A stretch of DNA of 48,392 bases from Coraliomargaritaceae bacterium (GTDB lineage Bacteria; Verrucomicrobiota; Verrucomicrobiia; Opitutales; Coraliomargaritaceae), in the NCBI GenBank assembly GCA_965656495.1, contig CBFHKU010000004.1, positions 139,491 through 187,882 on the forward strand. The letters run 5' to 3'. A program made the translations under genes and the position numbers. The notes below the pieces were generated by a model. It searched no databases. It saw only the letters and a program-made list of their open reading frames with translations, and was not told the DNA's origin. Within the stretch, counting starts at the first letter, position 1, and the number at the start of each line of letters is the position of its first letter. Of the stretch, positions 39,816 to 48,392 are shown piece after piece.

Positions 39816-41038
39816 GAATCGCTGGCGGCGTCGAGACCGAAGGCACGATGCACGACCTGCGCCGCTTTTTCGGCGTCCTGCGGGTCGATACCAACGGAGA
39901 TCTTGATTTCTGAAGTGCTGATAAGCTGAATATTGACGGCGGCTTCGGCGAGCGCCTCGAAAAGCGTCGCGGCAACTCCGGAATGGGTCCGCATCCCGAC
40001 ACCGACCACCGAAACCTTCGCAATTTCACTGGCCTCAAAACCCTCACCCGCCTCCAATTCCGGAAAGGCTGCCTTGACTGCTTTTTCCGCGCGTTTCACG
40101 TCGTCGCGCGTCACGGTAAAGGTCATGTTGGCTTTGCCCTCGCGCCCGATATTTTGAACGATCATATCGACCGAAACACCGGCATCTGCAATCGTTTGGA
40201 AGAGTTGCGCGGCGGTTCCCGCCTGATCCGGCAAGTCACTGACTACCAACTTGGCCTGATTCTTATCAAGTGCGACGCCGCTGACCACGACATCTTCCAT
40301 TGAGGGGACTTCTTCTTTCACAATAGTTCCGGGGTTGTTGTTAAAACTGGAGCGGACTTCAAATAGAACCTTAAATTTTTGAGCGAATTCAACCGCACGG
40401 TTCTGCATTACCTTAGAACCGGCGCTCGCCATTTCGAGCATTTCCTCATAAGAAATCGATTCAATTTTTTTGGCGAGCGGTACGACGCGGGGATCCGCAG
40501 TATAGACGCCGTCCACATCGGTAAAAATCTGACACAAATCCGCTTTGAGCGCTGCCGCAATCGCAATGGCGCTGAGGTCGGAGCCCCCGCGGCCAAGCGT
40601 GGTCACCTGACCCTCCGGCGAGAGACCTTGAAAACCAGCGAGAATGACGACTTTCCCGGCATCGAGTTGTTCGCGGATGTCGCCACCGGTAATACGAAGA
40701 ATGCGGGCGCGGGTGTGAGCGGGATCGGTCTCGATACCCGCCTGTGAACCCGTGCGAGATACCGCCGGAATGCCCAAGGCATGCAAGGCCATCGCCGTCA
40801 GGGCGATGGTCTCCTGTTCGCCGACTGTGAGCAGCAAGTCCATCTCGCGCTCATCGGGATTCGGGTTTAATTGGTAAGCCCGCTTGACCAGTTCGTTAGT
40901 GACACCCGATCGCGCCGAGACCACGACCACCACTTGATTGCCGGAATCGTAGCTTTCCTTGACGCGGCGGGCGACATTCTGGATGCGTTCGACATCCGCA
41001 ACAGAAGTCCCGCCGTATTTTTGAACAATGAGTGCCAT
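39812..41038 (-). CDS. lysC: Aspartate kinase with two ACT domains
   Basis: VQKYGGTSV, TTLGRGGSD, TDVDGVYTADP, ISTSEIKIS. Confidence 0.96.
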   Translation of the reverse strand: MALIVQKYGGTSVADVERIQNVARRVKESYDSGNQVVVVVSARSGVTNELVKRAYQLNPNPDEREMDLLLTVGEQETIALTAMALHALGIPAVSRTGSQAGIETDPAHTRARILRITGGDIREQLDAGKVVILAGFQGLSPEGQVTTLGRGGSDLSAIAIAAALKADLCQIFTDVDGVYTADPRVVPLAKKIESISYEEMLEMASAGSKVMQNRAVEFAQKFKVLFEVRSSFNNNPGTIVKEEVPSMEDVVVSGVALDKNQAKLVVSDLPDQAGTAAQLFQTIADAGVSVDMIVQNIGREGKANMTFTVTRDDVKRAEKAVKAAFPELEAGEGFEASEIAKVSVVGVGMRTHSGVAATLFEALAEAAVNIQLISTSEIKISVGIDPQDAEKAAQVVHRAFGLDAASDS

Positions 41039-41083
41039 TTATAGGATGAGTAATTGAGGCCTAATTTCTGCCAGAGCAAAAGT

Positions 41084-42412
41084 TTATACCTCCGGTTCAA
41101 AAATGCGGAAACTGACCGAAGGGGAAAGCACAATATCCAGCCCTGCGAGCGCTTCTTTTGCGGCGCGAATATTGGATTCACGGCTCTTGTGGGTAGTGAG
41201 CATAATCCGTGCAGTACCGTCGCTGAGCTCCTTCTGGTTGACGGTCGCGAAACTGATGTGGTGCTTGGTCAAAAGATCCGTGAGGGCGGCGAGCACCCCT
41301 TCCTGATCCTTCACATGAATACGGAGATAATAACGACCCTCCAGATCCTCGGGGGCGGTCAACTCCAAACCGTCTGCAAGGCGGGCGTAAATAGCCTCAT
41401 CTTCTTCGGAAATCGCAGGTTTGGGCGCACCCTGCAGCATAAAGACCGCATCGGCGATATCACTGATGACAGAACTGGAGGTGGCATCCTGCCCTGCCCC
41501 GCGCCCGATCAGGACGGTGGTTCCCACCACATCACCCGTTACGCTCACGCCATTATAAACTTCGTCCACTCCCGCGATGACTTCAGACTTTGAAATTAGG
41601 GCGGGGTGTAGTCGAACCGAGAGCTGGTTTGCTTTGAAATCGCGGGCAATGACCGCGAGGAGCTTGATCTTAAAGCCGAGTTCTCCCGCGATGCGAATAT
41701 CGTCCCCTGTGATCTCGCGAATCCCTTCGCAGATGATTTCGTTGAGCTTGACCCATTTGCCGTGCGCGAGGAAAGCGAGGATAACGGCCTTGTGGGCAGC
41801 ATCCACCCCATCGAGGTCAAGGGCTTCATCGGCTTCGACATAGCCCAACTCGCGGGCATCGCCCAAGGTGGCATCAAAGCTCAGGCCCTCGCGTTCCATG
41901 CGGGTGAGGATGTAATTGGAGGTGCCGTTTAAGATGCCGAAAATCATGCTGAAGCGATTCGCAACGAGCGCTTCGCGGATGGTCTTGATAATCGGGATGC
42001 CGCCCGCGACCGAAGCCTCGTAGAAGTAATGCCCGCCATTTTCATGCGCGATTTTAAAGAGCTCCTCGCCGTGTTCACAGATGAGCGCTTTGTTGGCGGT
42101 GACCACAATCTTACCTTTCGAAAGGGCGCGACGTGTGAGTTCGAGGGCCGCGCCGGTGCCGCCCATCAATTCGCAAACAATATCAATTTCGGGATTATCG
42201 ACCATGCGGGCGGGGTCGTCGGAATAAATTTCGCTTGGAACCTGCACGCCGCGCTCGCGGTTCAGATTTTTTACGACGACTTGGGTAATGTCGAGCGCCG
42301 CACCGAGGCGGTATTCCAAAGCCTGGCGATTTTTTTCAATATTTTTCCAGACGCCTTGACCCACAACCCCGAAGCCGAGGAGTCCAATGCGAATTGTGCG
42401 TTTATCAGCCAT
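41084..42412 (-). CDS. hom: Homoserine dehydrogenase with a C-terminal ACT domain
   Basis: GLLGFGVVG, VTANKA, EASVAGGIP, NGTSNYIL, GRGAG. Confidence 0.96.
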   Translation of the reverse strand: MADKRTIRIGLLGFGVVGQGVWKNIEKNRQALEYRLGAALDITQVVVKNLNRERGVQVPSEIYSDDPARMVDNPEIDIVCELMGGTGAALELTRRALSKGKIVVTANKALICEHGEELFKIAHENGGHYFYEASVAGGIPIIKTIREALVANRFSMIFGILNGTSNYILTRMEREGLSFDATLGDARELGYVEADEALDLDGVDAAHKAVILAFLAHGKWVKLNEIICEGIREITGDDIRIAGELGFKIKLLAVIARDFKANQLSVRLHPALISKSEVIAGVDEVYNGVSVTGDVVGTTVLIGRGAGQDATSSSVISDIADAVFMLQGAPKPAISEEDEAIYARLADGLELTAPEDLEGRYYLRIHVKDQEGVLAALTDLLTKHHISFATVNQKELSDGTARIMLTTHKSRESNIRAAKEALAGLDIVLSPSVSFRIFEPEV

Positions 42413-42450
42413 TATAAATACAGGGGGGTTGTCGATGCGGAGCGCAGCAG

Positions 42451-43059
42451 TTATTTTTTAAAAGAGTTTTCCTCGCCCTTAAGCAGGCGCTGAATGTTGG
42501 AACGATGACGGGCGATAATGAGTAGCGCCAACAAAAGACCAAGACCAAAACGCAGGTCTCCCGCCCCGTACTTGAGAAAAGCACCTAGCGGAAGGCTGAT
42601 GGAAAAACATATCGAAGCGATCGCGACGATGCGCGTGGCATAGAAAACAATCACCCACACCAAAAGCCCTACCAAGAGAACCGGAGGCATCAAAGCCGCG
42701 AGTCCTCCCATCGTAGTGGCGACCCCCTTCCCTCCCCGGAAATTCAGGAAGCAGGAGAAGCTGTGGCCTGCAATCGCGGCAATGAGTCCCAAAACACCGA
42801 AAGCCAGCGTTTCGCCCTCATTGGCGCCCAGAAATAGCAGGGGCCAGCCGGTCGCAACAAAGCCCTTGAGCACATCGAGAAAAAATACGGCATTACCCAA
42901 GCGCGAACCGAGGACGCGTTTAACGTTGGTTGCGCCGGGGTTCCCGCTGCCCACTTTCAAGATGTCAACGCCCTGAGTGCGCGCTACCAAAACCGCAAAA
43001 CTGATCGATCCCAGCAGATAACCGACGATCAGGACGAGCAGTATAATTGGAATCAGCAT
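42451..43059 (-). CDS. plsY: Glycerol-3-phosphate acyltransferase
   Basis: GYLLGSI, GSGNPGATN, DVLKG, GHSF..FRGGKGVAT, RHRSNIQRL. Confidence 0.96.
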   Translation of the reverse strand: MLIPIILLVLIVGYLLGSISFAVLVARTQGVDILKVGSGNPGATNVKRVLGSRLGNAVFFLDVLKGFVATGWPLLFLGANEGETLAFGVLGLIAAIAGHSFSCFLNFRGGKGVATTMGGLAALMPPVLLVGLLVWVIVFYATRIVAIASICFSISLPLGAFLKYGAGDLRFGLGLLLALLIIARHRSNIQRLLKGEENSFKK

Positions 43060-43117
43060 GGTGTTGAGCGGTTTGCCGGGTAAAGCCGCGGTCTATGAGA
43101 CAGACCCTAACTTGTCC

Positions 43118-44704
43118 CTAGAGCTTGATAATACGATATTTTTCGATGGCTTCGTGATCCGTGATTTTCTTGGCAGCGGCCTCCGAGGGCACGCTGTCGA
43201 GTTCAAAGACACTGACTGCAAAGCCTTCGCCCTGGTCACGACTGAGCGACATGTTTGCAATGTTGACCTGATCTTCTCCGAGGGTCACCCCGATGAAGCC
43301 CACGATCCCGGGAACGTCTTTGTTCTTTAAAACCAAAAGGGTGGCGTCGGTGTTCACCTCCACCCCGTGTCCGTCGATGAGAACAATGCGCGGCAACTGA
43401 TTTTTCCCAACGAGGGTGCCGCCAATCGCGCGGGTTTTGCCGCCCTTGCAGGTGACGACGACCTCAATCAATTCATTGAAGTCTGCGTGGGCACTGCTCT
43501 TGACCTGTTCGCATTCAATCCCAAGGCGTTCAATTTTCTTGGGGGCGTTGACGTTGTTGACGTTGTCAGAAATCTCACGCAGGAAGCCGCGTTGAATCGC
43601 ATTGGTGAGCGGCAGGGTATCCAACTCAATCATCTTTCCATAATAACGGATCGAGAGTTTCTCCACACCATCCGGAGCGAGCTGCTGCGAAAAGGTCCCG
43701 ACTTTCTCCCCCAGCGTCATGTAAGGGGCGAGTTTTTCGAGTACTTGCGGATCCACTGAAGGCATATTCAACGCGTTTACCACGCGTCCGCCATTCAAGG
43801 CTTCAATCATCTGCTTGGCAACATCGATCCCGACATTCTCCTGCGCCTCGGCAGTCGATGCCCCGAGGTGCGGCGTCAAAACAAGATTTTCAATCCCGCG
43901 CATGGGGTGATCCTGCACCGGCGGTTCGTCCTCGTAAACATCCAAGCCCGCCGCTGCGACCTTGCCGGACTCCAAAGCGGCAATCAGCGCGGCCTCGTCG
44001 ATAATGCCGCCACGGGCACAGTTGAAAATACGCACGCCGTCCTTCATACGGGCAAAGGCATCAGCGTTCAGCATGTGTTTGGTGTCCGCGGTCAGGGGCA
44101 TGTGAACCGTTATGTAATCGGCATTTTCAATGACCTCGTCGAGACTCGCTTGCTGAATCCCTAAGCTATTGGCGCGGGATTCGGTCAAATAGGGATCGTA
44201 GGCGAGGACCTTCATTTGAAAGGCCATGGCGCGCTTGGAAACCTCCGCACCGATCCGCCCCAAGCCAAGGACACCGAGGGTCTTACCGTTCAGTTCAGAT
44301 CCGGTGAATTTTTTGCGATCCCAACCACCCTCGCGCATACGGGCGCAGGCCTGCACGATGGGGCGCGTTCCCGCGAGCATGTGCGTAAAAGTCAATTCGG
44401 CGGTGGCAATGGTATTCCCGGTGGGGGTGTTCATCACGATCACGCCCCGGTCGGTGGCGGCCTCGATATCGATGTTGTCAACCCCGACTCCGGCACGACC
44501 GACCACCTTGAGTTTCGGAGCCGCAGCAATGACCTCGGCACTCACTCTGGTATCGGAACGGACCGCAATGGCGTCCACTTCAGGAACCAATTCAAGAATT
44601 TGTTCCGGGGAAGAACCATAGGCTTCAATGACCTCAAAACCGGCTTCGGCTTTGAAGAGATCCACACCAATGGGAGAGATTCGATCTGCAACTAGAATTT
44701 TCAT
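43118..44704 (-). CDS. serA: D-3-phosphoglycerate dehydrogenase (ASB and ACT domains)
   Basis: GRAGVGVDNID, GLGRIG, NCARGG, TPHLGAST. Start MKILVAD at 44704. Confidence 0.96.
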   Translation of the reverse strand: MKILVADRISPIGVDLFKAEAGFEVIEAYGSSPEQILELVPEVDAIAVRSDTRVSAEVIAAAPKLKVVGRAGVGVDNIDIEAATDRGVIVMNTPTGNTIATAELTFTHMLAGTRPIVQACARMREGGWDRKKFTGSELNGKTLGVLGLGRIGAEVSKRAMAFQMKVLAYDPYLTESRANSLGIQQASLDEVIENADYITVHMPLTADTKHMLNADAFARMKDGVRIFNCARGGIIDEAALIAALESGKVAAAGLDVYEDEPPVQDHPMRGIENLVLTPHLGASTAEAQENVGIDVAKQMIEALNGGRVVNALNMPSVDPQVLEKLAPYMTLGEKVGTFSQQLAPDGVEKLSIRYYGKMIELDTLPLTNAIQRGFLREISDNVNNVNAPKKIERLGIECEQVKSSAHADFNELIEVVVTCKGGKTRAIGGTLVGKNQLPRIVLIDGHGVEVNTDATLLVLKNKDVPGIVGFIGVTLGEDQVNIANMSLSRDQGEGFAVSVFELDSVPSEAAAKKITDHEAIEKYRIIKL

Positions 44705-44857
44705 GAAGGGCACAAGTAAATTTGTAGCGGTCAATTTTGCAATGAAAACCCTTGTATATCTTACATTTGGCACCGAATTGAAGAATGCCTGACATACCTA
44801 TTGCTCCCTGCACGGAAATACCTAGCATAAATTTTGGGAATTTAAAAAAACTGCAGC

Positions 44858-46342
44858 ATGAAAGACCATAATCGCAAGCATATCCTTTGGGGCTTACCCG
44901 CTCGTTTTCAGGCCACCATTCGCAATGTGGTACGTGATCTCTGGATCATAGAAAAACAACAAAGCAATCGGCTCCGCGAGCATGGTTTCCGTTTCCTGCG
45001 GATCCTGATCCTCGCCTGGCAGGGGCAAAAACGCAACCAACTGCCCATCCAGTCCGCCGCTCTTACATTTTACAGCATGATTGGAATCGGCCCGCTGGTG
45101 GCCTTCAGCATTATGGTTTCGGGATTCCTGATCGATAAAGACATGGCTGAAAAAGGCACCGGAGTCGCGGACAGCGTGGTCATTGAATCCATCACGAAAG
45201 CCATCACCTTTGCCGCACCACAGGTCACCTTGTCCACCACCACCGATGACACCGACGCTGCAACTGAAATCGCGCCCGAGGTCCTTGAACTCATCGACAA
45301 TTTCAGCAAGCGAGCCAAGTCCGGAACGGTGGGCGTGGTGGGTTCCCTGATGCTGCTCTTGATCGGCATCCAAGTGCTCACCTCCATTGAAAAATCCTTC
45401 AATACCGTTTGGGGCGTGGAGAAAGGCCGTAAAATCCCGGAGCGCATCGTGACCTACTGGACCTTTATCAGCCTGGGTGCGGTACTGGGAACCGCCGCCC
45501 TCTCGCTCATAACCGCCAATGCGATCCTGGGCGCAATGGAGACCCTGCCCTTCGGCGCAACCCTTGCCGCCCTCTTTCAATTCTCCCTGCCCCTCCTCGC
45601 CTTCCTGATCTTCACCCTCGCACTTGCAATTTTCTACCGCTTTATCCCCAACACCACCGTCCGCTGGAAACCCGCCCTCATCGGAGCCGCCCTCGTGACT
45701 GCCGGTTTAAACGCCTACCAAATGCTTTCCTTTTTATACGTTCAACGCGTGGTCGACACCAAAAGCCTCTATGGCTCGGTCGGTATAATCATCGTCCTCA
45801 TGCTGGGCCTTTACATCTTCTGGCTCCTGATCCTTTACGGCGGTCAGATCACCTACGCCATTCAAAACGCCGACCACCTCACCAACGAAAACGCCTGGCA
45901 ACGCACCAGCCAACGCGCCCGCGAAGCCATTTCCCTCGCGATCCTCATCCTCGTTGCACGCCGCTTCCAGACCGGCGAACCTGCCCCCACCAGCACTCAT
46001 TTACAGCACCAACTGCGCGTGCCCTTCCATATCCTCAACTCCAGCATCAATCACCTTTGCGAGCTCGGTTACCTCAGCCCGATTCACCAAACCGCCGGAA
46101 ATGGGCTCCACGACCGCAGCTATCAACCCGGTAAACCGCTCGATGCAATCACCCTTGGCGGCTTTAAAATTGCCTACGACCTCCACGGCAACAACGAAGG
46201 GCTAGAATGGATCGCGCAGGATTTCCCCGCGGTAAAACAATACCTCGCCGATGCGGCACAATGGAACCACAGCCCGCAAACCCAACAAAGCCTCCTGCAA
46301 ATCATACAGAGTGAAAACGCTACCGAAACTGCCTCCGGGTAA
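44858..46342 (+). CDS. YihY/BrkB-family membrane protein with a C-terminal HTH-like extension
   Basis: SAALTFYS, IEKSFNTVW, YRFIPN, LYGSVG..LYIFWLLILYG. Confidence 0.9.
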   Translation: MKDHNRKHILWGLPARFQATIRNVVRDLWIIEKQQSNRLREHGFRFLRILILAWQGQKRNQLPIQSAALTFYSMIGIGPLVAFSIMVSGFLIDKDMAEKGTGVADSVVIESITKAITFAAPQVTLSTTTDDTDAATEIAPEVLELIDNFSKRAKSGTVGVVGSLMLLLIGIQVLTSIEKSFNTVWGVEKGRKIPERIVTYWTFISLGAVLGTAALSLITANAILGAMETLPFGATLAALFQFSLPLLAFLIFTLALAIFYRFIPNTTVRWKPALIGAALVTAGLNAYQMLSFLYVQRVVDTKSLYGSVGIIIVLMLGLYIFWLLILYGGQITYAIQNADHLTNENAWQRTSQRAREAISLAILILVARRFQTGEPAPTSTHLQHQLRVPFHILNSSINHLCELGYLSPIHQTAGNGLHDRSYQPGKPLDAITLGGFKIAYDLHGNNEGLEWIAQDFPAVKQYLADAAQWNHSPQTQQSLLQIIQSENATETASG

Positions 46343-46405
46343 GCAAGGGATTGACAGCTATATGCCGAATCCTAAGTTCGCACCTTTGGCTAACCACTCC
46401 TATCA

Positions 46406-48061
46406 ATGATTTCCTGGATTCAACACCACTTAATCCGCCACGGTCGCTGGATTTTCCTTACCCTCCTCGCAGTTGTTATTGTTGCCTTCGTCGGCACCAT
46501 CGGCAACACCCCCGGTTGCACCACCAACCGCTCCAACTATCAGGCGCTGGATTATTACGGCTATGACCTTAACTCCGAGCGCGACATGCGTCCGGTGGGG
46601 ATGCGCCTTTCATTGAGCAATGAACTCAATCAGCTGAACCGCAACAACCAGCAGCAGCTCAGCAACCAAATGCTCTCCCGCATCGCCCTCCTCCATCTCG
46701 CCGAAACAATTGGTATTCCCGCCCCGACCCAAGAGCAAATCAGCAGCTACCTGCAGGAAAAACCACTCTTCCGCAACCCGACCGGGGAATTCGACCGCGA
46801 CCGCCTCACCCGTTTCATTGATACCATCGAGGCCAACCCCCTCCTCCCGGAAGGCATCCTCGTCCGCGTCCTCGAAGAAGACTACCGCATCGAACAAATC
46901 TCTGAGGCGCTCGCCGGCCCGGGCTACGTCATTGATGACGACGCGCGCCTGCAGGCCCAGCGTTACCAGACCAGCCTTACCCTCAGTACCGCCAGCATTG
47001 ATTACGCAAGTTTTGAGCCGGAAATAGATGCCGCCCAGCCCGAACTGGAAGCATACTATAACCAAAACGCCAGCCGTTACGAGATCCCGGAACGCATTCA
47101 GGCGAGCTATCTGAATTTCAAAGCCGAGACCTACCTCCCGCAAGTGGGCACCCTTGAAGAAGACGCCCTGCGCGAACACTTCATCGCCAACCGCGCCCGC
47201 TTTGTCGAAGCTCACGAAGCTGCTACCACCGGAGACGATGCCGATGCCGATACCGACGCCGAAAAACCCGTTGTTAAATTTGAAGACGTCCGCGATGCGG
47301 TGAGCACCGACCTTCGCAAAGCACAGGCAAACCGCCTTGCCAACGAAGCCGCTCAAAATTTCGCCTACGAACTCTACAATAAATCCATCCCCCGCGAGAG
47401 CGCCGCCTTCAACGCCGCCCTCAATTCCGCCGGACTCGAACTGATCCCGGTGGAAGCTTTCAGCACGCGCGAAACCGCGACTCGGGGACTGCCCGCCGAA
47501 ATGCTCCGTAGTGCGTTTGCCTTGAGCGAGGCACGCTACTTTTCCGACCCCTATCCCCTTGAGGATGGCTTTGGAGTGTTGATCTACCAAGCGCGCCTAC
47601 CGGTGGAACTGCCTCCATTCGAGGCCGTCGCCGAGCGCGTAAAAACGGATTACGCCGCAGAGGAAAAACGCCGCCTCTTCTACGAAAAAGGAGTTGAACT
47701 CAAAAAAGAGCTTGAAGCTCAACTCGCAGAGGGAGTCAGCTTTGCGGATGCCGCCGCTAAACTTGAACTCACAGTTGAGGACTTCGAAAGCTTTAAGATT
47801 TCTGAAGCCCCACAAAACCTCAACCGCTCCGCGCTTCAATCCGCAATGGAACTCAAAGCCGGCGAAGTTACACCCATGCTGCAAACCGGAGCTTCGGGCA
47901 TGATCGTCTATGTCGCGGAACGCGCCGTCCCTGAAATCCCTTCGGACGACGCCACCCTGCAACAAGCCAGCAGCTTCCTAAAATACAACAGCTCCATGCT
48001 TCGCATGAACGCCCTCGCCAGCGAACTGGTGGAGCGCGGAATGCCCGCTGAGCAAAACTAA
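46406..48061 (+). CDS. PpiD-like membrane-anchored periplasmic chaperone (SurA-N domain)
   Basis: MISWIQ plus TM, F.NPTGEFD, LEAYYNQNASRYEIPERIQASYL, PFEAVAERV. Confidence 0.8.
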   Translation: MISWIQHHLIRHGRWIFLTLLAVVIVAFVGTIGNTPGCTTNRSNYQALDYYGYDLNSERDMRPVGMRLSLSNELNQLNRNNQQQLSNQMLSRIALLHLAETIGIPAPTQEQISSYLQEKPLFRNPTGEFDRDRLTRFIDTIEANPLLPEGILVRVLEEDYRIEQISEALAGPGYVIDDDARLQAQRYQTSLTLSTASIDYASFEPEIDAAQPELEAYYNQNASRYEIPERIQASYLNFKAETYLPQVGTLEEDALREHFIANRARFVEAHEAATTGDDADADTDAEKPVVKFEDVRDAVSTDLRKAQANRLANEAAQNFAYELYNKSIPRESAAFNAALNSAGLELIPVEAFSTRETATRGLPAEMLRSAFALSEARYFSDPYPLEDGFGVLIYQARLPVELPPFEAVAERVKTDYAAEEKRRLFYEKGVELKKELEAQLAEGVSFADAAAKLELTVEDFESFKISEAPQNLNRSALQSAMELKAGEVTPMLQTGASGMIVYVAERAVPEIPSDDATLQQASSFLKYNSSMLRMNALASELVERGMPAEQN

Positions 48062-48064
48062 GGA

Positions 48065-48392
48065 TCAAGCCCCCAACAGTTCGGTTGCGTGCGCCCGCGC
48101 CGACTCCGAGTTGCGGTCGCCCAACATGCGCGCCAACTCATCGATCCGGCCTGACTCTGAGTCATGAACCGGGCCGATCTCAACCGTTGTTGAATCGGCA
48201 TCCTGCGTCTTGGTGACCAGAAAATGTTGTTGGGCAAGTGCCGCAACCTGCGGCAAATGCGTCACACAAAAGACCTGATGCTTTTTGCCAAGCCGCGCCA
48301 GCTCAGCGCCAACGGCACGACCCACTTCCCCGCCCACATTGGCATCGACCTCAGGCAAGGCCGAACTCCAGGACTGATCAGCGATGCTGCCC
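48065..48392 (-). CDS. recN: DNA repair protein RecN, C-terminal fragment (runs off the window)
   Basis: EVDANVGG, QVFCVTHLPQVAA, RIDELARMLG, AHATELL. The last ~40 nt of the window do not look like RecN. Confidence 0.85.
   Translation of the reverse strand, partial: GSIADQSWSSALPEVDANVGGEVGRAVGAELARLGKKHQVFCVTHLPQVAALAQQHFLVTKTQDADSTTVEIGPVHDSESGRIDELARMLGDRNSESARAHATELLGA

Overview
Bacterial chromosomal window, most likely Verrucomicrobiota/Opitutales; this taxonomy is inferred from gene content and is not verified. Housekeeping blocks: menD-menB; a type II secretion-like cluster (gspG/H/I/J/K/L/M/D, without gspE/F/O) followed by lipB-lipA; pyrD; nrdB-nrdA with tandem NrdR boxes and a class Ic-type (tyrosyl-radical-less) R2; an ECF sigma/anti-sigma/DUF3106 triad; patB-hslR-yefM-yoeB; serA-plsY-hom-lysC-thrC; yihY; a ppiD-like gene; and the 3' end of recN. 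Two accessory regions stand out. (1) A modular composite repeat of about 334 bp, built from several unrelated micro-repeat and palindrome types, occurs in four copies flanking a YhcG/DUF1016 PD-(D/E)XK nuclease gene whose stop codon lies inside one module; a deleted variant sits at the window start. (2) Downstream of tRNA-Lys and tRNA-Thr is a candidate light/oxidative-stress island: hipBA, a DTE xanthorhodopsin-like proton pump with crtE-crtI-crtB-crtY(cd)-blh, katG, DUF2805, and a 50-aa DUF2256 gene missed by the ORF track.
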